From: Tetramitus jugosus
Lineage: Eukaryota > Protista > Heterolobosea
NCBI GenBank assembly: GCA_937625935.1
Contig: OW569367.1
Location: forward strand, 427,108-491,107
Direction of reading: 5' to 3'
DNA length: 64,000 nt
Shown here: positions 34,895-45,179 of the stretch, one piece after another
Position numbering within the stretch: position 1 is the stretch's first letter
Layout: every line of letters begins with the position of its first letter
The notes under the pieces: model-generated
Told to the model about the DNA's origin: nothing
The model's input: the letters and a program-made list of their open reading frames with translations, nothing else
Databases searched by the model: none
Made by a program: the position numbers and the translations under genes

Positions 34895-36616
34895 ATGATC
34901 AACAACAACAACAACAACAATAATGATCATCTCTTCCTCACTCCACAACAACAATCCATGAGAGAATTGGAACATCCGTTTCTCAAGGTGCCATACGAGA
35001 GTCTCAATAAAGCATTCAGAGCCTCACAAAAGTCAATGGAAAAGGATTTGAGTGTCATTGAAAAGGCAGTCAAAGAAATGAACAAGAAGGCTAATAAATC
35101 AAAGGTTTCTCAGGATGATGCATGTAAATATCTGGACAAGGTTGTTAGCAAACTAGTCGGAGTCAAGAGAAAGGTTTGTTTTTTCACATTGTTTTCACTG
35201 TTGTTTGTTGTTTACAATGATTATAGGTGTAGGTGTTTATAATGGATGATTTTGTAAAAAAAAAAAATATATAGTTGGAAGAAACAGATGTAGAACAGGA
35301 GAGACACTTGAATATATGTAGAGCAAGGATGGAGCACTTGGATCCAACTACCGTGGTGACGAATACTACTGCAAAACGATCATTATTGCATCATACTGAT
35401 CGATTGAGTGATGCTGATGATGGTGGTAGTGATCATAAAGATGATGAAAAAGATGGTGAAGAAAATGATGAAATGAAAGAAACAGCGAAAAAGAATGTAG
35501 AATCGTGGATAAAGAGTGCAAGAGTAACGAACAGCGAAACAGAGTGGAACAAGATTCGATTGAACCGAGTGTTAGTTGATTATTTTTTGAGGAATGGATA
35601 TTATGAGTCGGCGAACCAATTGGCGAACACGAATCAGATTCAAGTATGTGTGTGAGTTTTGAATCACTTGTTGATTTGTTACAATGCGAATAGAGTTTGT
35701 TTGTTCACTCGTTATGTTTGTTTTTTAACGTTGAAAAACGTTGTGCGACCACGATGGCATTGTGTAATTGTGTGGTGTTGTTGGATGTTGTTGTTGATGA
35801 TGTGAATGAATGTAGGATTTGGTGGATATTGATGTGTTTTTGCAGTCGAGGAAAGCGATTGATGGACTCACGGCAAAGAATTGTACAGAGGCACTCAATT
35901 GGTGCAGCGAACATCGATCCAAGTTAAAGAAATTGAATAATATGTTCGAATTTGAATTGAGACTTCAAGAGTTTATCGAACTGGTGAGAGCAGACAAGAG
36001 ACAACAAGCCATTGCCTATGCTCGCAAATATTTTAAACGAGAAGAGTCAACGGCATCAAAAACATCAGAGAGCGAGTCAATACTGACAAGAAAGCAAGAA
36101 GATGAAGAATGGACCAAACGAAGCAAACAGATTCAACAAGCCATGGCGCTGCTTGCGTTTGGAAAAGGCACAACACTATCGCCCTATCGAGAGTTCTTTT
36201 CCGATGATCGATGGCAATTCTTGATTCAATCATTCCAACATTCGTACTATGAACTGTTTTCGCTAACGAAGCAACCTCTGCTCTACTTAAATCTTCAAGC
36301 AGGTTTATCTGCACTCAAGAACCCACTGGTATATCATCCAGAGCACTACAATGTGCATGATCCAATGTGCCACAAGCTATTCCAAGAGGTAGCAGAAAAT
36401 CTTCCATTCTCATTCCATGTTCACTCAAAGCTGGTGTGTCGGATCACTGGAAAGTTGATGGATGATCGAAATCCACCCATGGTACTTCCCAATGGCAACG
36501 TGTACAGTTTAGAGGCCATGGAGCAAATGGCTTTCAGAGGGAATGGAACGATTGAAGATCCAAGAACAAACGAGCAATATCCATTCTCTGCTCTCAAAAA
36601 ATCATTCGTTGTATAA
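34895..36616 (+). CDS. MAEA: MAEA/Gid9/Fyv10 subunit of the CTLH (GID) E3 ligase (exons 34895-35173, 35275-35643, 35816-36616)
   Basis: LEHPFLKVPYESLNKAFR, LisH (RLNRVLVDYFLRNGY), CTLH/CRA (ALNWC..FELRLQEFIEL) and degenerate RING (HSKLVCRITG..NPPMVLPNGNVY). Both introns are phase 0. Confidence 0.92.
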
Positions 36617-36669
36617 AAAGGTCTTGTATTTTATTTCATATCAGCAGATAATCAGGTCATCACAGCTTC

Positions 36670-37227
36670 CTATTGGCTACTTTCGAGCAGTTCATCTCTG
36701 ACACATGTCAAAATCTTGCCCAACAAGTTCAATCCCTTCCATTTCGATCGATCCTTGCACTCATCGACATCTTGTTCACTCCAACCAATGCCCCAGATGT
36801 TGTCACGAGGTGAAGCCTCAACAAACTCCTTGTTTCTATACTTTTCAGACAAGAGCTCTGCCAACAGCTCTGGATTCTGGGTGTACTTGGCCTTGTTGGT
36901 ACGATAAACAATATCTTCTCTGTGCTTGTCCCACAGTTCATGATCAAACGGAGACACCTTTCTGCCCAGTGCCTTGTGTTTTTTTGGATCGGATGTCTGA
37001 AGAATTTGCTTCATGGTGGAAGTATCTCCAAACAGCTTTGCCTTCTCGTACATCATCATTTGTTCCGCACATGTAAAGGTCACATTGTCAACGGTGAATC
37101 GACTTGGGTGCCATTGACTGAACACTGTTTTGTTCTGATAGAAACAATGAAATCTGTTATATTTACTCTCGTCGTATGATGACTCCTTCAGTGTGAAGAG
37201 TGGAGTGGAAGTACTGTTATCGCTCAT
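36670..37227 (-). CDS. NADAR (YbiA-like) family protein
   Basis: FSQW, AEQMMMYEKAKLFGD, KALGRKV, KYTQNPEL, VEASPRDNIWGIG, GLNLLGKIL. Confidence 0.93.
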   Translation of the reverse strand: MSDNSTSTPLFTLKESSYDESKYNRFHCFYQNKTVFSQWHPSRFTVDNVTFTCAEQMMMYEKAKLFGDTSTMKQILQTSDPKKHKALGRKVSPFDHELWDKHREDIVYRTNKAKYTQNPELLAELLSEKYRNKEFVEASPRDNIWGIGWSEQDVDECKDRSKWKGLNLLGKILTCVRDELLESSQ

Positions 37228-37329
37228 GTTGTTTGATTTCTGTTTTTTTCTGACGATCAATCTAAGAGAATACCGACGGAAACTGAACTGATTTGGATGT
37301 TCGACGATTTACTTATTTACAATAAAACC

Positions 37330-38709
37330 TTAGTAATGAAAGTGTTTTTGTGGCAAGCAAGACAAGAGTAAAGAATGTTTTGTCAAGTTGCTTGCTTGTT
37401 TCATTTTGTCATCCAGTGCTTTCAGTGCTTCTTCTGAAGGTGCGACACGATTGTTTGAAAACGAAAACAGAGAAACAACTTCTTGTTCAATCTCTCGCTC
37501 CATATCTTGTTCCATTTGATCAATCATGGATGCAAAGTCACCTAATTGATCATTGTTGTCCATTGTTACATTGTTATCACTCTTTCTAGAGAAATGAGGC
37601 ATGTGCTGTTGCTGTTGTCCTATTGCTTCTCCTACTACATTTGCCGAACTCGAAAGAGTACCTGACGCTGATGATACGAGCTGAAACACGAGTTGTTTCA
37701 CTTCAGAAAAGGTAATACTCGATGACAAATACAGTGAACACAATGAATTCAATTGCTGTTCAAAGTGTTTGGCTCGATTGCACGAAACATCACTCGTTTT
37801 GTTGTGCATCAATGTTGCAACAACAACACTTGACGAATTCAAATTGAGAAACAAGTGAGAGTAACTCGTGTTTAACTCGTTTAGAAATTGAATCCAATGA
37901 CTATACTTTTTCATTAACATTGATGTGTCCATTGTACTTATCCCATCATTGTTTGAGTGATTCGAAATATTATCATTTGAAAAGAATCGACGAATGTGAT
38001 CATTGATATCATGCATGAATCCCAATTGACTCAACAAGTCATTCAACACTTGATTCAACTGCTCTATTTGCTTCTTTTCCAATTCCTCTTGTTGCCGTCG
38101 TACTTGTTCACCACCAACACCTTGATTCAATTGCAATGCATTCCCATTCCGTTGCTCTTGTGGTTCTTGTGGTTGTTGTTGTGATTCATTATGGTTCATG
38201 GAATAGATCCGAAGTGCAATGCCCGAATGATCAAAAACAAATGAAATGGAAGCAATGTGTGATTCGACAATGGGTCGAATGATGCGAGTCATCTGAGTAT
38301 GATCAATCACAAAATTTTCATCATCTATTGTGATACACAAGAATGTGATATTTACATTTGTATTATTGTTGTTGTTGTTGTTGTTGTGAAAAGTGAGTAA
38401 TGTGATTGTACAGGTCATGGCTGAATGATCTCTTAGCTTTTCATTGGTTTCAAAACGAATAAATTGAGGTAATAATAATTGTTGTTGTGGTTGTGAATCT
38501 GTTGTTGATTGTGAAGGTGGTGTGTGAGATTGAGTGGGCGACTGTTGTTGGAGTGGCAGTTGAGAGGAAGATGTGAGCTGAAAGCAACAGTAACCCTCGA
38601 AAAGTGTTTGTTGAGCTTTGAGGTGTTTGTTGAGAGTGAGTTGAGAGGAAGGAGGAGCTTTGAATGCCCATCGTTGTGATTGCATAAAGTGATGTCTGTT
38701 GATGCCCAT
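37330..38709 (-). CDS. Hypothetical Q/N-rich protein
   Basis: ~460-aa ORF with poly-Q/N tracts like neighbouring host genes. Confidence 0.6.
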   Translation of the reverse strand: MGINRHHFMQSQRWAFKAPPSSQLTLNKHLKAQQTLFEGYCCFQLTSSSQLPLQQQSPTQSHTPPSQSTTDSQPQQQLLLPQFIRFETNEKLRDHSAMTCTITLLTFHNNNNNNNNTNVNITFLCITIDDENFVIDHTQMTRIIRPIVESHIASISFVFDHSGIALRIYSMNHNESQQQPQEPQEQRNGNALQLNQGVGGEQVRRQQEELEKKQIEQLNQVLNDLLSQLGFMHDINDHIRRFFSNDNISNHSNNDGISTMDTSMLMKKYSHWIQFLNELNTSYSHLFLNLNSSSVVVATLMHNKTSDVSCNRAKHFEQQLNSLCSLYLSSSITFSEVKQLVFQLVSSASGTLSSSANVVGEAIGQQQQHMPHFSRKSDNNVTMDNNDQLGDFASMIDQMEQDMEREIEQEVVSLFSFSNNRVAPSEEALKALDDKMKQASNLTKHSLLLSCLPQKHFHY

Positions 38710-38848
38710 TTTATCGCTTGTTGTTTTGTGTGTTTGTTGGTGGTCGTTCTGGTTCGAGCAAGTTGTGGAAGTGTGATCGGACAATAGAAAACAAAAGTTT
38801 TTGGCGGGAAAAGGGTTTTGTATTGGATTGGGGGCAAAAAGTAGTCAC

Positions 38849-41800
38849 CTACTTCTTGGCATAAATGTGCACAGCATCATTGATTCTAGCTCTCGTATTC
38901 TTCAGAGACTTCTTAATTTGCTTTCTAAAGTGTTTGGTAGCTTCTTCCTCGGAGGATTCAAGCTTCAATACCTTGCGCAACCATTCGATATCTTCGATGC
39001 AGCTCAGTTCTGGGATACCAGCTGGTAGCATGAGCAGGAACATGTTCATCAACATGTGACCAAACTTACGAAGAACAAGGAAAGCATCACAACCCATTCT
39101 CACAAATTCCTTATAGTCGTCAGCATCTGTACCACCCATCACGTGAGCATACATGGGAGTGAAGACAAATGGTGTGGTTTCTCTCTTGTAAATACCCTTG
39201 AAGCTCTTAAAATTGCCAAGGAAATGACCAAAATCAATATGGAACAAATCTCCCTTCTTTGTTAACATAATGTTGTCATTATGTCTGTCACCAATGCCCA
39301 ACACGTATGTAGCAACACAATATCCAGCACAACTCTTGACAAAGTTCTTGACACAATTCTCAAATTCTTGATCCGAGTTGCAATTCTTTCTGAGCCATAC
39401 AGTAAGTGGATCGACAGAGAAGGCAGCAGATGCACCACCTCTCTCGTGAGTAATATTAGCTACCGTGTCAGAGTTCAAGACAACTTCGATCATACCGATC
39501 ATATCACCCAAGCAAACACAACCATAGGGGTTCAAGCGCAAATTCAAATTGGTGCTCTTCCAGAGCACATCCATGCTATTCAGCATTTGAAGCGTCAGTA
39601 AATCTTGTCTCAAGTCATCACCAGCCTTAAATATGACATAGACTGGACTACCTGTTTTATCAGCATTCTCGAATACGAGCCACAATGGTAGCTTCTTTGA
39701 ATTCATTACTTTACACTTGTCAACTAATATGCCACTCAAATCAACCCTTGTGGACAATGGAAGCTTGAATTTTGGAGGGATAGTCATCTTGGCTAATTCC
39801 CTTCTCAAAACTGACACTTGATCAGCCTTCTTCGTCTCTTTGATCAACATTGCAATGCTGAAAAGTTGCTCAACGATACCATTTTGCTTCAACAACTCCC
39901 TTCTATGACTGCCACAATTGGTTAAATACTCCTCAAGAATCAGGCCATAGCGCTCAGAAACACTTGGATCATGCATTTCAGATTTCATGTGCCAGAACAA
40001 CACATGACCAATCATATGCGTGGATTTCAAGCTACGCTCAACCAAGAAGCGAGCTAGAGCAGAATCATGATACAATTCAAACTTGAGTGTTTGTACAAGC
40101 TGTAGTAGTAAGCCCTTAAGCTCATTGTCTGATAGTTTGTTCAAAATTTTGACGGCATATCTTCGCAGCCTGCTATTTGTGTAGTTGTAGTTAAGCAAGC
40201 CAATGGCATCAATTGGTTCCATGTTCTCCCATTTGTCCAATAGTTGCTCAGCGATAGCTATTGCCTGAGGATGCTTCCATGGAACGCTTTGCATAAACTT
40301 AAATAACACTCGAGGATCGCTTGTTAGGAGTTGGGCACTTCTAACGGACCAAAGTCTATACCTCTCTTCATCATTGAGTTGATACAGTGGATCCGTGCTA
40401 ATAATTCTATTGAATTCTACTAGCAAGTCGCTATGAGACAACTTTGGATACTGATTGATTCTCTTCTGTTCAAACATAATCCATCTCTCGGAAAGTTGAG
40501 GAGGAATCTTCTTGTAGTCGTCGCAATACACAATTGTTTGACCTCTGGTATCAAACTCGATTTGAATGAAGGGAGCATCTGAAGAGGAATCCTTATTCTC
40601 TGAATAGATGTACTTTCTCATTCCTGGCCACATTCTATATCTTGCAACGCCTGACTTTAACTCAGCATTGAAGGTGTATAATGGAACGTTGATTGAAGAA
40701 ATAAGGACATCTTTTGGACCAACAGAAACAACGGTTCCGCTGGAACTCTTTGATCTACTGTAACAAAGTATGTGCAGTGTAGCTTCTCTAGGTATCTCTG
40801 AGACTAGCACATCATTGAAGTTAATATATTGGCCAAATCTCACAGTACTTTCGAGCTCAGATGCTTGTGAGAATCTCTCTTGACTCAATGGAAGATTACC
40901 CATCAGCAATTGAGCAGATATATATATTTCTGTGTTGCCAGCATGGCAACTCATGTTTTCAAGATTGATCATCTTAAATCGGAATGGTTCTGCCACATTC
41001 CATGATATGATCTGATTATTACTCGTTCGAGTATTATCGTCTGACTGGACTACTTGATCAAATTGGTAGTCGATTGACTTTAGGGAAATATCTTGCAAAT
41101 CTAATTCATTCCAAATACTATCCCAGCTGGCCACCGTTAAAGTGACACGATTTCCCGATTTTAGACAATTCCATACATGCTCAAACTCGATAATGGCTGT
41201 ATCGCCATAAATAAAATCAGAACTGAATCCTGATGCCTTGAAGAGATGATCTTCTTTGGTCAAATGTAAATGACCATCATTACTCACCTTACTCATGAGT
41301 ATGTCTAAGAGTTGACTTGCATAGGTACCTGCAGGGCACATAATTGTCTTGTAGACGTTAATTTCGGGAATATAAATCTTACACATGATATCCTTGGTCT
41401 TTTCGAATTGAGACACAGCAGGATCATTGGTGATATACAAGGGTGGAAGAACAGATTTGGTTGCAGCTAAAGACAATCGAACCTGGTTGTTTGCAGCATG
41501 AACGGCAGCCATACTACTCCTAAATTGTCTGACCTCTTCATTCTCTGTGCTCCAATTCTGTCTATCACTCAACAACAATGAGACTTCTTTGGCGATTTGA
41601 ACCTTTGTGGAGACGCTGGCTCTTTTAGTTGAAGTGTGCTCATCCTCACACATAATTTCCTTGTACTCGGTAAAATCAGCTGTCGCTGTCTTTCTTTTCA
41701 TCAATCGTTTCAACGCCTCATCATATGAGTTCTGTTCCATCTCAGAATTATCAATAAACTCCATGTGCGATTCATCTAGAGTCATCAAGTCGTCTTCTGT

Positions 41801-43093
41801 TGACTCAGTTCTTGCAGACAACATACCACTCGTAGTAGTCGTGTCATCTGTCGCGTGAGTTAGTTGTCTTGGACTAAGATTTGGTACACGTGATGGTGGT
41901 TTGATTCCTTGCCTCTCTTTCTCAAATCGCTCCAACAAGATGCGCAGCTCTCTTTTCTCATCAGAGATTACCTGTTTCTCACGGCGCATATAATCCATAA
42001 ACTCTCGCTTCATCTTCTCAAACTCTCTCCTTTCTCTGTTCAGTTCATTCTTCTGTTTCTCAAGCTCCTCTACTGTGAACGTGATGTTTTCATCATGTTC
42101 CTTGTTGTGATGGTGCAAAGGAGTTGTTCCTGCGATAGTTTCAGGAAGATTCTCATCACCTGACTGTACATGCATGTAGGGGGAACAAGGCGTTGAAGTA
42201 GTGGAGGCATCTGACAATGATCTCGTCAGATGAATGGCAGATCTGGACCTAGGCCTATTGATATTAGGCACCAGTACTGTGAGATTATCGATATCAGCAC
42301 GTTTTTCTTCACTGGGTGCAATCGTCGAATGACTGGTACCAGTCACCACATGACCATCGTCAACTGCTTTCACACCATTTCTAGCATTATTGATGACTCT
42401 CACATCATGTTCATTATCACCATCGTCGTCCTCTGTTGTAACAATGGTGACTGGTGGTGGTGGCAATGGATTCTCCCTTAAAAACTCCTCAACAATCGGT
42501 GGCAACGATTTCAAATGAGGAGACAATTGAAGAGGTGATGCATTGTGGTTGTTGTTGTTTCGGTGACTGGGACTACTACCACCACCACGATAGTCTGGAG
42601 AATTGGCTTCTTTGATCGTGATGGGAGAAGAAGAAATGCTCTCTGTGCGAGTCGTATTTCGTGTTGTTACAATGGTTGTGAGTGAAGCCTTGTTACGCAT
42701 CGTGGTCACTGAAGTTGTCGTTGTCGTGGACGAAGAAACATGTTCCTCTGCATCGTCTGGTGCGATTTCAACAATGGAGGGTGACGATGATGATGACGAC
42801 GATGGTTTTTTTGCTTGCATCTCTGACATGAGACTGCCCCAGTGAACAGTCCGGATGGATTTCACTCGACCTGCATCAGTTGTTGTTGTTGATGCTGTAT
42901 TGTCTCGATCTTTGACAGACGTGTTATTGTTGTTGTTGGTGTTTGATGCTACTGTTGTTGTTGTTGTTGTTGTAGCTCTGGGTGGTGATCCACCAACACT
43001 AGAGTTCTTTTTTGGTGGTACAGCTGGTGGCTGATTGCTGTTGTTGACTTGCTTGTCTGCAGTCTTTCTTGGTGTGCTGCCCTTTCGTTTCAT
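38849..43093 (-). CDS. Class I phosphatidylinositol 3-kinase (disordered N-terminus, RBD, C2, helical, kinase domains)
   Basis: SKKLPLWL, FKAGDDLRQD, GIGDRHNDN, HIDFGHFLG, RETTPFVFT. Start assumed at MKRKGS. Confidence 0.95.
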   Translation of the reverse strand: MKRKGSTPRKTADKQVNNSNQPPAVPPKKNSSVGGSPPRATTTTTTTVASNTNNNNNTSVKDRDNTASTTTTDAGRVKSIRTVHWGSLMSEMQAKKPSSSSSSSPSIVEIAPDDAEEHVSSSTTTTTSVTTMRNKASLTTIVTTRNTTRTESISSSPITIKEANSPDYRGGGSSPSHRNNNNHNASPLQLSPHLKSLPPIVEEFLRENPLPPPPVTIVTTEDDDGDNEHDVRVINNARNGVKAVDDGHVVTGTSHSTIAPSEEKRADIDNLTVLVPNINRPRSRSAIHLTRSLSDASTTSTPCSPYMHVQSGDENLPETIAGTTPLHHHNKEHDENITFTVEELEKQKNELNRERREFEKMKREFMDYMRREKQVISDEKRELRILLERFEKERQGIKPPSRVPNLSPRQLTHATDDTTTTSGMLSARTESTEDDLMTLDESHMEFIDNSEMEQNSYDEALKRLMKRKTATADFTEYKEIMCEDEHTSTKRASVSTKVQIAKEVSLLLSDRQNWSTENEEVRQFRSSMAAVHAANNQVRLSLAATKSVLPPLYITNDPAVSQFEKTKDIMCKIYIPEINVYKTIMCPAGTYASQLLDILMSKVSNDGHLHLTKEDHLFKASGFSSDFIYGDTAIIEFEHVWNCLKSGNRVTLTVASWDSIWNELDLQDISLKSIDYQFDQVVQSDDNTRTSNNQIISWNVAEPFRFKMINLENMSCHAGNTEIYISAQLLMGNLPLSQERFSQASELESTVRFGQYINFNDVLVSEIPREATLHILCYSRSKSSSGTVVSVGPKDVLISSINVPLYTFNAELKSGVARYRMWPGMRKYIYSENKDSSSDAPFIQIEFDTRGQTIVYCDDYKKIPPQLSERWIMFEQKRINQYPKLSHSDLLVEFNRIISTDPLYQLNDEERYRLWSVRSAQLLTSDPRVLFKFMQSVPWKHPQAIAIAEQLLDKWENMEPIDAIGLLNYNYTNSRLRRYAVKILNKLSDNELKGLLLQLVQTLKFELYHDSALARFLVERSLKSTHMIGHVLFWHMKSEMHDPSVSERYGLILEEYLTNCGSHRRELLKQNGIVEQLFSIAMLIKETKKADQVSVLRRELAKMTIPPKFKLPLSTRVDLSGILVDKCKVMNSKKLPLWLVFENADKTGSPVYVIFKAGDDLRQDLLTLQMLNSMDVLWKSTNLNLRLNPYGCVCLGDMIGMIEVVLNSDTVANITHERGGASAAFSVDPLTVWLRKNCNSDQEFENCVKNFVKSCAGYCVATYVLGIGDRHNDNIMLTKKGDLFHIDFGHFLGNFKSFKGIYKRETTPFVFTPMYAHVMGGTDADDYKEFVRMGCDAFLVLRKFGHMLMNMFLLMLPAGIPELSCIEDIEWLRKVLKLESSEEEATKHFRKQIKKSLKNTRARINDAVHIYAKK

Positions 43094-43334
43094 CTTTGTT
43101 GTCGTCAAGTGCTGTTGTTGTTGTTGTTTTTGATGATGATTATTTCTCTCTGTATTGGGTGGGATGATGTAGAGGACTTGAACTGCGTTGTTTGTCTTCT
43201 TGGGTTTTTTTGGACGTTTGAGTTTGTAACGACCACTCATTGTGTCGGCTGGTGTTTTTTTATACCCACCAAGATTCGGTGTCATTTCAAATGTCGTCAA
43301 TAGCGGAGCTTTGTACGTCACTCTGTGGGTTGTA

Positions 43335-45077
43335 TCATTTTTTTCGTTCTTGGGCAGCGTCTTCGCCTCGCTGTTCAAGGTGAGTCATGGATTGGGTACT
43401 ATTCCACGTTTTTTCTTGTTCCGAAGCTTTTTGACACAACTCCTCGTAAATCTTACGAATCTTGCTGACATTACGATTTTGGGTGTGAGGATAGTCTGGA
43501 GCCAATGGATGCAGTATTGTTGTGTCATTATCACCAGTTGTGAATAAAGGTGTTGGTGGTAGTGGTTTTCGTGCTTGTTTTTCGAGCTGGCGAAGTCGGT
43601 GTTGAAGCTGCAGTTGTTGTATATCCATCTGTATAATGTAGTTCATTGTTGTTTCGAGAGTCGCGATCGAATAACCTGCTTCTCCCTTCAACAAATCTGG
43701 ATGCATAAAATCATTCAGATAATTTAGAATAGCAAATAAGCACCTCGGATTCGCATGACATAGCACATAAGAGAATATTGATACGAGATCATCGGCAGCG
43801 AGGTGTACATCGGTCACTTCCTTGAAATTTTCACACAGCTTTTCATAGTACCTCGTTACGCATTCAGATATTTCTCTTAGACTTCCTATAATACACAGAA
43901 TGATATCTTGAGGGGAGAACTTGTCAGCATTAATTGTCTTCAGGATATCGATAGCAGTTTGATATGGTTTCTCGTCGGACGAAAGAGATTCATCATACTC
44001 TAACCTAAATTGCTCTTCGACCTGAAAAAACTCCATCGTTTTGGTCTGTATTTGTTGAATACGATTACTGAGAGCTCTATCAGACACTGTGTTACTAATA
44101 CAATACAGGGAGAAGAGCTTATCATAAATATCACGCAGTGAAAGTAGTTCACCCAACGTGCAATAGTATACAACATTCTCACAGTCTGATATTCGCTCAT
44201 ATATAGAATCGGTGATAAAGTGAGCCCAATATCGCTTGAGTAGGGACTGTACAAGTCGGTCACAAAATGAGCCCACATCGAAAACGGCCTTTTTCACTAG
44301 TTCGCTGGCCATCTCAATCCTCTTCTGTTCTTCGTACCGACTCAAAAAAGCAGAATCATAATGACGTACACACTTGTTACTCAATGATACAATCGCCTTA
44401 TGAATGGCATGAGAACTATCACGTATTATCTTTTTCAAATAATCAGTCAATAGTTGTTTTACATGTAACTGCAATGAATTGTCCTGATATTCCATCGAAG
44501 GATCTATGAGCATTGCCTGTGTTGTGAACTGGGTCAAAAAATTGTAGTCATCTCGCATCTTTTCATTACTCATTTTCATATAATCAAAATTGCTGTCCAC
44601 GAACCTTGTCCATTTATCTGCACTATATCCGATCGCAGACCACTTAAATTTGTTGTTGGAAAACATGTTTCTCTTAACAGCACTAAAATCTGTGACCACA
44701 ACTTTGTCTTTAGGGACATCATGCTTAGCACTCGTTGAAGGTTTCTTCTTGCTGCTGTCATCCGAAGAAGAAGGTGCAGTTACTGTACTTGAAACTTCCT
44801 TCTTCCGACTCTTAATGATTTGGTGGATCACTTTAATGTTCACCAAGCATTCATCTGTCCATCGAACAATTTCACTGACTTGATCTTCCTCAAGCTCAGT
44901 TGGAGAGCTTTTGTCAAGCACAGCGATTTGAATGCTACTCTGCTTTAACATTGCTACACTTTGTTCAGCAATAGAAATATAACTAGCATAAGCTTCTTGA
45001 TATTGTTCACGATTGAGCAGCTCTGCTGCATCTTGCATATTTTCTCTCATACGGCTCAGGACTAGAGAGACCTGCAT
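43335..45077 (-). CDS. VPS9-domain Rab5 GEF with an N-terminal MIT-like helical domain
   Basis: LAADDLVSIFSYVL..GEAGYSIATLET VPS9 motifs. Confidence 0.88.
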   Translation of the reverse strand: MQVSLVLSRMRENMQDAAELLNREQYQEAYASYISIAEQSVAMLKQSSIQIAVLDKSSPTELEEDQVSEIVRWTDECLVNIKVIHQIIKSRKKEVSSTVTAPSSSDDSSKKKPSTSAKHDVPKDKVVVTDFSAVKRNMFSNNKFKWSAIGYSADKWTRFVDSNFDYMKMSNEKMRDDYNFLTQFTTQAMLIDPSMEYQDNSLQLHVKQLLTDYLKKIIRDSSHAIHKAIVSLSNKCVRHYDSAFLSRYEEQKRIEMASELVKKAVFDVGSFCDRLVQSLLKRYWAHFITDSIYERISDCENVVYYCTLGELLSLRDIYDKLFSLYCISNTVSDRALSNRIQQIQTKTMEFFQVEEQFRLEYDESLSSDEKPYQTAIDILKTINADKFSPQDIILCIIGSLREISECVTRYYEKLCENFKEVTDVHLAADDLVSIFSYVLCHANPRCLFAILNYLNDFMHPDLLKGEAGYSIATLETTMNYIIQMDIQQLQLQHRLRQLEKQARKPLPPTPLFTTGDNDTTILHPLAPDYPHTQNRNVSKIRKIYEELCQKASEQEKTWNSTQSMTHLEQRGEDAAQERKK

Positions 45078-45179
45078 CGCGAGTTTTTGTTTGTGTTGAA
45101 ATATCGCGAAACGACAACGTTCTTGAGGATTTTCAAGTCGTCTCCAACCTCGAGCAATGAAAATGTGCGGCCAACTTCG

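Noticed and set aside
43094-43378. PI3K frame overlapping the VPS9 3' end (possible fusion or frameshift)
   Set aside because: The A/C-rich strand is naturally stop-poor, there is no slippery site or evident splice signal, and both genes are complete separately.
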